Below, piece by piece: positions 48,701-60,700 of a DNA stretch of 64,000 nucleotides. Made by a program: the position numbers and the translations under genes. The DNA comes from Amoebophrya sp. A120. Taxonomy: Eukaryota > Protista > Dinoflagellata. Numbering within the stretch: the first letter of the stretch is position 1; every line of letters starts with the position of its first letter. Where the stretch lies: the NCBI GenBank assembly GCA_905178155.1, contig CAJINV010000010.1:1222709-1286708 (forward strand). Direction: 5' to 3'. The notes below the pieces were generated by a model, which was given only the letters and a program-made list of their open reading frames with translations, did not search any database and was not told the DNA's origin.

Positions 48701-51700
48701 ACGTAGGAAAACGATTGCGGTAGTTGATTTGGTTGGAGTAGCATGAAGTAAAGTAGGCTATAGTCCGGCAGTTTTGTTTTCCAGTTCCTCTTCGTACCAA
48801 AGTGCTCAGTAGTCAGTCACCATCAACGCGAAATGTCATCTAGACGGGGAAGGCGGGCGCGGGTGGCAGATGAACCAACCCGGACTGGTCGCTACAACTT
48901 CGAAGGGGTCCCGTGTGAATTATTCGCCAACTTTATCGCGGACGCGACCGGCCGCCGCGACGTGGTCTGCAACAACCGCGACAGCACAGACGAGACCGTC
49001 GCCTTGAAAATCAAAGGCGGCACCGGTGGCAGCAACCTCATCGCCAGATGGTGGAGCTCGTCGACTAAAGTAATTTTCCAAAACGATGAGCACGCGCGAA
49101 TGTCGGACGTTTTCCAGCACTTCATTGCTACGGGTTCGGCCGGGCAGATGAAGAACCAGGCCACGCCAGCAACATGGAAGGACGGCGTGTACGAATCGAC
49201 GGTAGGGGCCCTGTCCAGCCTGGACATGCAGGCGCCGCCGGCGATCGGGTATGGAGACCAGGAACAGAAAGCGATCCAGTATGAAACCGCCAACACAGGC
49301 AGCCAGTTGGTAGGGGGAGGGCAGTTGGGACAAAATCCCCACGATGCTGCTGCTTGGCTCTGCGACTACATGCAGCAGGCCACAGGACCGGGCTCGCAAG
49401 CACCTCTCACAGCTGCCGGCGGTCCAGAGCTATCCCAAGCCCAAGCCTACAACCCCCAACCCAGACAACAGCAGGCACCAATCGAACAGAACTACAACTA
49501 CCACCAGCACACCACTGGAAACTGCCCGTCCCGGCAAAACCACTACACTGCTCCGCGGGAGCTGGAAAAGGGCCAACAGCAGGCGGGGCATTCGGGGGAA
49601 GCCCGCCAGCAGCACACGGCGAACTAACACAAACACGCAGATGGGCATCGGCGTAAAAGGTGGCGGGGTAGTTACAGTTGGGGGAGCGGGTATGAAAGAG
49701 CAGATGAGCGAGCGGGGCACTAAGGGGAGTGAGCCGAAGATCCTGCTGAGCGAGCTGGGCGGCGGGACCGGCGTCGGGACTGTGGCGGACAGGCAGGCGA
49801 CCACCCACCAACGCCTCGCGGAAAGCAGCGCAATACTGGCGAACCAAGACCACTACCAGAACGAGGAAGCGATGCGTCTCCCTGGGATGAGAGAGAGTAT
49901 GCTGGCGCTCCAGAAACTGCAGGAGGAAATGGAAAAAATTCAAAAGGCACAGAGAGAGCAGATCACGCAGAGCCAGAGCGCCCCTCTGGGCGGCACAGTG
50001 ACCGGGGGCGATGGCACACAAGAAAAAACCAACCACGAGGTAGACCACGCGCACAACCAGGAGCGGGGAAACAACAAGCGACCCAAGGAACCCGTGGGAA
50101 CGCCGGAAAAACCCGCAAAAAAGAAGAAACAGGGCGTCGCGGACTGGTCTTCCGAAGAAGAGGAGGAGTTGTCGCCGTTGTTCACACCGTCGTGAAGCGG
50201 GAGCCGAATCAGAGGTCGAGGAAGGAGGGAACGATGATGAAAGCCCAATCAGAGCACACTACAGATACTACTACTTCGCGAAAAAAATGTTTTTTCGCAG
50301 TTCGGTCAGTTTTTGAAAAAGTAAGAACGCGGACACTAAGCAAACCACTCTCCACAGCAGAACACTGAAAGAAAGCGAAAAAGTCAGACAGAACGGCGCT
50401 CGGCCAGCCCTGAAGCAAGTCAGTCTAGGCATGTCCTTACGAGGTCGCCACGCGACCCGGAAAAATATTAAAAGATCAATACTCAAGGGCCCCGCGGGGC
50501 ACTTACCCACGCGAAGGCTTGCGCGATTGTCAATAAAGCAGACTGATAGGCATGGTGGATGTGATAGGTAGGAGCTAATGCGTAGTGACTAAGTAGGGGA
50601 GGCCGAACAGCGAAAGCGAAGCTGTAGTAAATGTAAGCTGTACTCTGCAGCGGGAAGCGGAGCGAGGCGGAGCAGAGGACGGCGACCGGAAGCCGCAGCG
50701 CCTTTTCCGAAGCAGGCAACAGAGAACCGCCTCCCCCGGCAAACGCGCGGAACCGGAAAGAACTGTGAGTGAGCAAACTTTATCGAGAGAGCTGGCGGCG
50801 AACACCCCCACCAACTGACGAAGAGTGAGGGGAGTGATGGAGGCGCGCAGGCAGCTGGAGAGGCTGCGCAAAGGCTTCGGAATGGACAACCCGGGGCAGG
50901 CAGACATCGAATTTCCGGGGGAGCCAGCAAAAAGGAAGGCCGTCACTCCCCGGGAGTACACCCCTGCGAGGAGCCAGCCGGTAGAAGGAGCAAAACCAGG
51001 CACGAAAGAGTACGCGAAAATTGTGCGCGACCGCTGCAGAGAACCTCCAGAAGCGCCTGGAAGCGATGACGCCCAACACGAGGCAGGACGAGGTCGACAA
51101 AAGGAAAAAGCGGAAGCGGGGCGCCCACGTGAAATCGCGGGAAAAGTTTCTCAAGATGTCGAAAGAGGGGCGGGCGGCAAATTTCGAAGAAAAACTGAAA
51201 AAAGGTGACGGCAGAGTGCTCACCACGGAGCAGCGCACCGAAAAGGCGAAGCAGAAGAGCGAGCGAGAGGTGAAGCGCCAGCAGTACCGGACGCGCGAGC
51301 TGAGAGAGCTGGCGCCAAACTAACGGCGAGGGGGGGGTGGTAGTCGGGAGGTGTGGCTAACGAATCGAGACAAAATCGACAGTGAGACAGCGGCGCGCTG
51401 CTTGGACTCCAGGTAAAGAACAGACGAAAAAACAGAAAGAGCACTGGTGGCGTGGGTGAAAGTCAGTGGTTGATGGAAGAAAAAAAGACGCTTTAAGGTG
51501 TTCGAAAAGTCACGGGCGAGGGCGCAGCCTTAGCGCTTCTATTCTTTCAGAAACAAGCAGCAGCAGCAGCGGCGTTTTTTAGCGTAGTTAGAGCCTTCCC
51601 ATTTTGCATGCAGAGATAACAAAGAAGCGTAGGGCGCGCGTGGCCGGAGCTTTTCACGAAGGACAGTAAGGATAGGCATAATGTGTGGGCTTTTGTATAA

Positions 51701-54700
51701 TTAGTTCTCATGTTGGCTTTTGTATGCCGTGTTCTGGCGAGAAGGCACTACACAGAAGGCATGACGCACGAATACAGCGAGTCCCATGAGGCTGACGTAG
51801 GGAGCAATAGAGCTAGTGTCGGTGAGCCTGCCAGCAAAAGGAATAAGCAAGTGAGGTAGCAGACCAAAAATGCACGACGAAAACCACAACCACATGGCTT
51901 GCGGTTAAACCGCCCCACACCCGACCAGACGCCGAAGATGCTCGGGCTCGGTCCAGAGGACATGGAGGACGACGACGAGCCCGAGTTCGTGAGCCACGTC
52001 TACTGGAACATGAATGGTTCGGGCGAAGCGAACACGGAGGCGCTAGCCAAGCTAGTAGCGGACTTACGGGCAACAGAGGCGGCGGCGGTCGAAATAAAAA
52101 AGAGCGAGCTGGACCTTGAGCAGGCAGCTTTTGAGGGCTTGAGTGAGCGGAAAGGTTTGCACGTTGTCGCCGCGACAAATTTGGTCGGCATCTCCACCAG
52201 CCTCAAGTGCGGCGGCGGCATGATAGCAGATTGCAACAAAGTGAGAGAGCGGCCGGCCATGGTGATCAGCAAGCTCATACTTGCACGAGACCCGTGCGGC
52301 GCTTTTTTCACCGAGGAGATAACCGACAAAGAAGACGCCACTCTCTGGGCGGTCGGGGCGGTGCGAGACAGACGGTTGACGTTGACTCTATACCGAAGGG
52401 AGACACGAGTGCCAATCGATACGCCGAGCAAGTCCTTCATCGCCAAGCAGGTCGGCGACCTGATTAAGGAAATCACTACCGCCATGAACATGTCTGACTT
52501 GTGGATAGTGTCGGGCGACCTCAACGCATACCACGAGGTCGACGCGGAGGACAGGGCAAAGCTTGAGGACCGCCAGCCAGCTTGTGCGTTAGTGCGCGCT
52601 GAAGTCCTTGAGCCTGTTTTCAATTTCCTTAACAGTCGCACACGCTTTCAGAACACGCAGGGCCCAACGTGCTACCGTTCAAAAACGTCGCCGACGGTTA
52701 TCGATTTCACAGCGGTAGGACCCAGAGAGGGCATTTTGTTCGCCGCAGAGATACAGCGGGTGCAGGTCGTTCGGGGACAGCAGAAAGAGTGCAAAGCCAT
52801 TCCGGAAAACAGCCCGCCCGAATTACCAGAGGGCGACCACATTGCACTCCACACCGCCATTAGCTGGTATAGGCCGCAGGCACCACAGCCGGCACAGAGC
52901 GGAGACGCGAGGCAGCCAGGCAGCGGCGAAAGGGCGAAGCCGCTCGCTTTCAACGCGCGGCATTCGGAGCTTATTCCGACTGAAGGTGAGAGAGAGCGGG
53001 CGAAGATCCTGAAAGGACAGAAGGAATTTGCGGAGCGCCTCCCATTTTCGGGAGTAATATCCTGGCCCAGGGGTACAAAAACGACAGAGGTTCTGGAGCC
53101 ACTATTCGAGGGAGCACAGATGCCCGACATCGAGCAGGTCGGCCTGGAAGGCATCCAGAGCTGGGCGCAGGAGGTACTCCTGGACTCCGGTGCGTGCAGC
53201 TACGTACCGACCGAACCGACAGAGGACATGAGGCAGCTGTTCGAGCGACAGACACCCGGCCAGCGAGGCGGGAGAACAGAAGGAGCGAACGGCGCGGACA
53301 AAAAGAAAGAAAAGGAGAGAGAGCATCGGTCAATGTTCGCGGGGCCGGTAGATGGGTCTACGCTAAATAACGTCTATCAGCACGCGAGGCAGGCGAGAGA
53401 GCAGGTTCTAGGAGTCCGCCGCGGCGCCCCGGCGGAAGAAATCAAGAAGATCAACGCCGGCACGGCCACGGCCCCCAGAGAGGTCGTCGGGGTTGAGGAG
53501 TGCACGAAAGAAATTTCCTTGGCTCACGTTTTCAAAAGTGGGCGAATCCGGTACGCCGAAGGAAAGCGCCACACGTTCAGCCCGGAGGAAATGCAGCGCG
53601 CCGTCACGCAGTTGACCGAGGCAGCGAAAGGTCTACCGCCTCTGCGAATCCCCGCAGCCGAATTGAGGAGACACATCACGAAGATGAACAAAGAAGCCTC
53701 CGGCGCCGACGGGGTCCGCTTGCGGGCCTATGCTGCTATGACGGGCCAGCAGATTAGCCAACTCGCAGCCGGTTACGGCGCCCTCTTGCAGGGAATTGGC
53801 CTCGCGGATTGGATCCCGGGACAGAAGGACGCAACTTCGCCGCCGGCGCTGAAGGTGTTGCCGGTCGAGATCCTCCGGAAAGCCTCACAACTTGGCGGGG
53901 ACATCTCGAAGCTCCGGACGGTAATTCGCGGGACACCGGTCTACCGGATTATGTTGAGCTTCCTTACGCACCGCATGGCCCGCATTGCGGACCTTGGGGA
54001 CGCTTTTACCCCTTCCGGGGCCGCCGGAAAGCCGGCTGCTTCCTGCATGGCAACCGTTTTAGAAATCCTGAAGGTCTGCTACGCGGAAGACCTGCAGAAC
54101 GGCTGCGAAAACAAGGAGCGAGCGGCGGAACTGAGTGAGCAGGAAAAAACGAACGCAGCGAACTGGCTAACGATCTTGATAGGAATAGACGCCAGCAATT
54201 TCTACAATTGCATCAGCATACCAAGCATGGTGCGGAGTTTTCGCTGGGCGCGGTTGCACCCCACCTACATCAAGCTGGCAATGCTTTCAAACTGGCGGAA
54301 AACCCTCTTCCTGAGGAACGGGAGTTGCTTCGCAGAGCTCAGCGACCATCGAGACCTCATCCAAGGCTCGGTGGAAGCTATGCTTTGTGGCGTCCTGCTC
54401 TTTATGAGAGGAGTCACCGCGGTGGCGCGGTTCGTGGAGGAGTGCTTCGACGCGGCCGGGCGAATCGATGAGAAGCGCATCGACAGCGCAGGGGCGAAGC
54501 TCCGCCGAACGCTGCGCGAAGATTTTGCGGGGGGAGATGACACCGGCGTCACCTTCCCGGACTACAGGCCGGCGGAGGAGGTCCATGAGCTCTTCCGCGA
54601 CGAGGAGGGCGATGGCGGTGCAGAGACGGGAAACAGGACGACGAGGACCCGGAAGACCCGGAGCAAAGAGCACGAGAGGACGAGAGTCAGCCAGAGACTG

Positions 54701-57700
54701 CCGATGAGTGAGCGGGAAGAGAAGGCGCCAAGGAAGGCAGCCGTCGTCCAATTTGTGGATGGTGGTACCCTCTCCATCAAATTCCACAAAGACGACGCCG
54801 AAAAACTGCGGAAGCTGCTGAAAATAGTGGCCACAGCGTGCGAAACGATGCACGCGCCCGAAGGGCAGCACCTCGCGCCAAAAAAGGCCGAGATGCTCCT
54901 TTCCGCTTCGGCGATGGACCAGCAGGCGCTATATCTCGCAGCCTTCCGCCCCTTCGGAATTGTCTTCAACTTGAAGGAGTGCACCAAGATCCTGGGCATC
55001 ACGATCCGGCTCGGCGACATACGGGACCAGGTTGATGCAATTCGCAAGCAGGTCAACAATTCAGTCTCGTTCGCGCAGCACCTCCGCTATCGAGTCATGC
55101 GAAGCAAGGGCAATTTCGTGATGACTGGCGCGGATCATCGGTGGGTGGTCATCTGCTTCTACATGTCGCCAATCATCTACATTCTTCCGGTGCTCCGCCT
55201 GATTTGCGCCCAAAGCGACTGGTCCGAGTTACTTATCGAGATGGCGACTTCAATCGCGAAGGTTATCGGTTTCGACCGAGAGGTCTGGGAGAGGATGACC
55301 ACGATGCACAACGTCACGCCGGAACTTTTCCACCGACTGACTTTCAGTGAGAACATCCTGGGGATTGTAGACCCGTACGTGCTCGGGATCAAGCTCCTCC
55401 GAGGCGTAGCGCAGAGCAACATCCTTACCGACATTGATGGCTTCGTGACTTGGGCTACGTTCCCGATCCGCTTCCACGGCACCGGGCTTGCAGGAATCGG
55501 CGCGGCCGACCGCAAAGCAGTACAGGTAAAGACGACGGCGGACTTGGCATTGGTTGAGGCGTTGAGCGAGGGAGCGGAAATCAGGTTGCCGGCGAAGTCC
55601 GACCTCCGACTGTGCGGCTTCATCCCGGACAGGAGCAGCAAGCCCCCGCCGCCCGAAAAGGTCCCGCGGGCGTGCCACAATGAGAGCGCTTTCGTGGTGG
55701 CATCGGCGGACGGCATGGGCGTCCGACTCCTGCAAACAGACACGACAGGGCGGGTTTCGGTACTTCGGCAGGTACGAACAAAACGCGAGCACCTGCTCAC
55801 AGAGGAGAGAGCGGAAGAAAGACAGTTCGTCGCGTATCTGAGTGGATTTCTATCCCTCAGTTAGCAGACGGAACAAGAGGAGCCAGGAGTGCACTACACT
55901 CACCTACGTACAGGCTATGCGACTGCTGGCGACTCCGGGGAAAGACGCGCGGGCCGCTGCGCCGGGGCGAAGGAATGGCCGTCCATTTCGCCGAGCAAGT
56001 CGAGCAGATGCACTTGAGGGGCCACAGAGTTGAGCGAGCGAACACAAGAACGGCGGAGCAGGTCGCCGAGGCAAGCAGAGAGATGAGCACAGTGACTGCG
56101 ACCAAAATCATAGGGCTCAGCATTGTAAACGCAACCGGGCACGACCACGAGTACACAGATTGGCCTGTCTACGATTTCGGTCGGTGCGAAGGCTTTCGGT
56201 TTCCCCCCGCTGCGGGACTGGAAAAAGCGGCGCAGCCTCGCAGCGCGGCGTGAGTACATCAGAGACTCGCTGCAGTTCCAAGACCTCCAAAACGGCGAAA
56301 GCACAGAAGACGAGCATCCGGATAATGATCCGGCGGAGGTTGAGAGAGCGGCCGCGCGATCGCCGGCGCCGAAAGGAAGGGCGAAAGCACAGGCAAAGGC
56401 GAGGGAGCAGCCCCCCCAGGAGAGAGCGGCAAAGCCAAAGGCGAAGGCGAAGCAACCAGGCCCGCAACCGAAACAGCAACTGGCGAAACGAGCGCAGGAT
56501 GCGGACCCGGGGCCCCCGAGGCGGCAGGCGGCCGGCGGAAGGGCGGCGCAGGCGAAACAGAACCCGGCCCCAGCAAGGAAAGCAGTGCCGGCGAGGAAGA
56601 AGTAGATAGGGTAGCTCTAGGACGCAGACGGCTAGTTGAAGAAAAAAAAAAAACAGAAGACCTACTACACAAAAAGCAAAAAGGTAACAGGTAGGACAGT
56701 CAGTACGAAGACCGGGAAGTTTAGTTTTTTGCGCAAAAAGAAAAATATAAAAAACAGCACAAGGTGCGTGCGGAGGACACAAGGTGACCACGCGGGCGGC
56801 GTGTTCACCCAGGCGGGCGGCGAAGAGCCAGTGATGGCTGAGAGAAAAAGAAAGAAACGCGGCTACTCCGTAGCCATATGGTCTCTAGTTCCTTTGCACT
56901 CCGGGCGCGAGGCCCGCCAGGGTTCTCGTCGCTCGTGTATTGTCTCCCACGCCGCGACAGGGCCCGCGGAGCGAAGCCCTACGGGACACGGCCCGGACAG
57001 AAAAAGTAGCAAAAGCCAAAAAGAACAAACCGCCGGGGGCCTTATGCCACCCACCTTCGGCACGCCAGAAGGCCACAAGCCCAGCAAATCCAAAAGAACC
57101 GGCAGTAGTAGCAGTGCACTACCTAGATACTAACTAGCTTAGACGGGTCTTAGCCTTAGCGCAAAGAAAGAGGGGCAAGTCCAAGAGGCTTTTGCATGGG
57201 GTCCACTGGTCACCGTTTCGCGCGAGCCATTCGGTGGACGACTGACCCCGCCCCATTTAAATAGCCGCTATGCGGGAGATTTGTAAAAACTGGACTTCGT
57301 CCGTCTCCGGGTGGCGTGCCCGGGGTTCAGTCTAAATAAATTTGCCCGGGAAAATACCACGCAGCGGAGCAATCAGGCCTACTCGTAGGCCAGTCGGGGT
57401 CTACCCTTTCTCCACGTCGTCAAATGTGGTTATTGGGTTTTGTTGGCGTATGTCAGGGGATCCCTGTCTTTGGCATTTCACGACTCTTCCCATGGGTTCA
57501 CTTCGATGATTGCTGCCGGGGACGTTCTTAGGCAGTCAGCTGGATGACTGTGACCTGGCTCGTACTGTGAACGCAGCTGGATGACTGTGACCTGGCTCGT
57601 CTTCGATGGGCGGGCGGATGGCTGTGACCTGTCTCGCCCATCAAGATCCCTAATCCGTAGCTCCTAGACGTTGCCTGGCCCGCGAATGACTCCACGGCAG

Positions 57701-60700
57701 CCGGATGTCCGTGACCTGGTTATAAAGGGCTTCGTCGATCGATTGTGCCACTAGGGCCTTGTGTTCTGGCTACTCCGGATCGCAATCGATGGAGGGCGGG
57801 ACCTGCACCGGCGACAGGCGCTATCCAACCAACCAACCAAGCCTGGCAATCTTCCAGACCCAGACATATTTGCATTTGATACGAGTTTACACGACGCAAT
57901 TGAGGCGGTTCCGTTTGACGAGCCGTTTGCGCGCATTTTGGTCCTATGCACTGCAAAAGTGTCTGGGTCTGGATCTGGAAACTTGTGATGCTGTTTGGCG
58001 AATCATGTGGACGCCTTCATTGACAGCCAAGCATGACAAGTTTTGGAGTTCTTGCTATAGTGTTGCCTATCTGCATGAGAAACTGCGTTTGTGGTGCATG
58101 ACAGAGAAGTGTGGCTTTTGTGTGGCGCGCATGACAGACTTGAGACCATGCTAGCTGTGCATGACAAATCCTGCATTCTTCCAGACCCAGACATGTTTGC
58201 ATTTGATAGGTCCGCACCGATCAGGAGTTGAGACAGACTTTGGTTGTGAACAAACACGTGTTGATTGACGGCTGGCGGTTGGGCGGACCGGTGAAGGTTA
58301 CGATTAGGAGGAACAGGAACTACAAATGTGCCCGCTGGCGTCCAAAGCAGAGCGATCGTGCAGCAAGACGGAACTTCAACACGAACAAGGAAGTTTGCCA
58401 TGCAAGGCATAAAGAGCACAAACTAGCTCGCATCTTCTCGCCTCCCCTGCTCCGTGTGGAAGTCGGCGGCGAAAGGGCGTGGTTCAAAAATCTGTGCTTC
58501 TCGGTCGTGGAGGATGAGAGTGTACTGAGTGAAACCATCAGAGAATCCGATGGAGCTGCTGCGGAGCAAAGTTGTAGGACGGCCCGACTACGCGAGAAAA
58601 CCAAATCGCCCAAGCTGTTCTACAAGTCTCCGATGGTGGAAATCTGTTGCGGGCATCCGGGGTTGGATCCAGACCAGTTTGGGCGGGTGACAGAGCAGGT
58701 CGCAAAGGGACATCAACAAGTGCAAAATATATCAAATGCAAATATGTCTGGGTCTGGAAGATTGCAAGGTTTGTCATGCACATTTTGCATGACCCGTGAT
58801 GTCTGTGATGTATGCCCTCGCATCACAATGTTTTTGCGGGCATCTTGATACCTATCCCGCATGAGAAATGCCCTCTCCGCGGAGCTAAAACTGGACGCCT
58901 CTTGCTGCTCATGCAATACAGATTTTTTTAGATTCAAAATAGCATCACAAGTTGCATTCTTCCAGACCCAAACATTTTTGCAATCAATAAAATACACATG
59001 CCGACAAATCTCCACCTTCTCCCCCTTTCAAGCGAGACGAGCTCGTCGGCCCGTTTTTTACGCAGTGCAGGTTTCAGCGGGAAAGGGATGTTAATGACAT
59101 GGCGAACAAAACGTCGAAAAGACGCCTTCGGAGTAAGGCAGGTGTAGTAACAGTTGGCACTTCTCCTGCTTCAGGCTCAGCAGATGATGAAGAAGTTAAA
59201 CCACCTAAATCAGAAATACGGTGCTGTACCGCCACCGGGGCTGCTGGAGTGAAAAATAACGGCGAAGCTGAACAAGCCGCACGACCGGATGCGAACAAGT
59301 TCAGAAGAAAGGGACCAACTGAACAAGAAGGTGACGAAGTACCAGTAACACAGGACGACGCCGCCAGCGACACCGAGCTTCAATTTTCCACCATGTTGCG
59401 CATTCCGGATAGTGAGGAGGAAGCCAGTTGCTTTTCCTCGGGTGTTATCCACAGAAAAAAACCCATCCACATCGAATTTGTCATGCAAAACACGTATCAA
59501 GTCATGTGTTTGTCATGCAAAAAATGGTTGGGGATGGGTTTTTTTCTGTGGATAGGGGCCGTCAGTGACAGCACGACTTCTTGTTCGCCCCCGTCGGGGA
59601 GCGGGAGTGACAGCGCTGGCAAGCGCGAATCGTCCGGGCGCTCTGGTTCCAATCTCGGGATGAGAATGAAGAACGAGAATTCTTGCCAAGTCACAGCCGC
59701 GAATCCTAAGCAGGATTTTTGCCTGCCCAACAAGAAGAATCCGAGTAAGAAAGGCAGAAAAACTTGTTCTCTCCGTGAAAGGTACAAAAACCGTGTCCGA
59801 AAAGCAGCCATGACCGGTAATTTTCCAGGATTGCTGATGAAACCGAAAACGGAGAGGTCTGCCAGTCTGGAAAGGGCGCAAAACAAGCGGGACGCAGTGG
59901 AGTTTTTTGCGGAGGATTATAATAAGCACGAGGGTACTAATGCTTGTCTTCGCCCAACTTCTGCTATCCGAGAAGTGAGAGGTGATGGTATGATCGGGAC
60001 GCCAGCGGCGCGTCGTCCATTTCCTTGTTCCCCACAAAGCGCTGCAAATCATCTTTCCCCTTGGTGGGACCCAGCGGAGGCGCGAATCTACCTTGGAGAA
60101 ACAGCCCACCTACATCCGTTGACGGAAATCTTGAAAATCCGGGACCGGTTGGTCAAACTGCGGGAAAAATGGAATCAACTTGTGTGTGATTCTTTTTGGT
60201 GGAAAACGAAGGATCGGGCTGATAGCGAAAAGTTAGAGAGGAAGCAGAAAATGAAAAACAAGAACCCCACCTTGTTCTCATCTAGGTGTGGAACCACGAG
60301 GCACACGAACTTTATGATGCGGAAGAAAAGACGAGAAAAGCCAATATTGTGCCTGACCCAACAACAACCAGGAGTCAGAGCCCGTCTGAAGAGGAACAAG
60401 TTGCAGAACACCTACCAGCGTTTGTCTTCGGTCTTCTTTGAAGAAAGTGTCGGAGCTCCTCGTAGCACTACTTCGTTCGCGGCGGTGGACTACTACAATT
60501 TAGTGTTAGAGGAAGCTGACCGGATTGCAACGAAAGTAGCACTGCTGGATCTGAAGCTGCGGTCCGTGGATGTGGTTGGGTTTTATAGGAGAGAAGTATT
60601 GGCTTTGGCGAAAAACCAAAATGAAACCGCGAAGAATGATGTTGATCAGGATCTTGAACAACTACAAGCAGATGGTACAACTTGCAACGCTGCTCTTCTC

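Larger units (their letters stand above)
48610..57837 (+). mobile_element. Near full-length non-LTR retrotransposon (LINE-like), copy 2
   Basis: ORF1-like region, APE-RT ORF, 3' UTR and (CCAA)4 tail at 57825-57840; no clear TSD; boundaries approximate. Confidence 0.85.
48389..57881. mobile_element. Giant (9.5 kb) family A introner containing a LINE
   Basis: Left family A part 48389 to about 48609, right part about 57838-57881; direct repeat cgagt/cgagt; removal gives PDHFASLHDAIEAV. Confidence 0.9.

Noticed and set aside
23586-54763. Alternative genetic code or sequencing error explaining VDG
   Set aside because: Two independent copies use different Gly codons (ggc, ggt), and Gly codons translate normally in VMP1 motifs.
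38700-57840. Self-cleaving ribozymes or other ncRNA genes in the LINE UTRs
   Set aside because: I could not identify a hammerhead core or HDV-like fold by eye. A covariance-model search would be needed.
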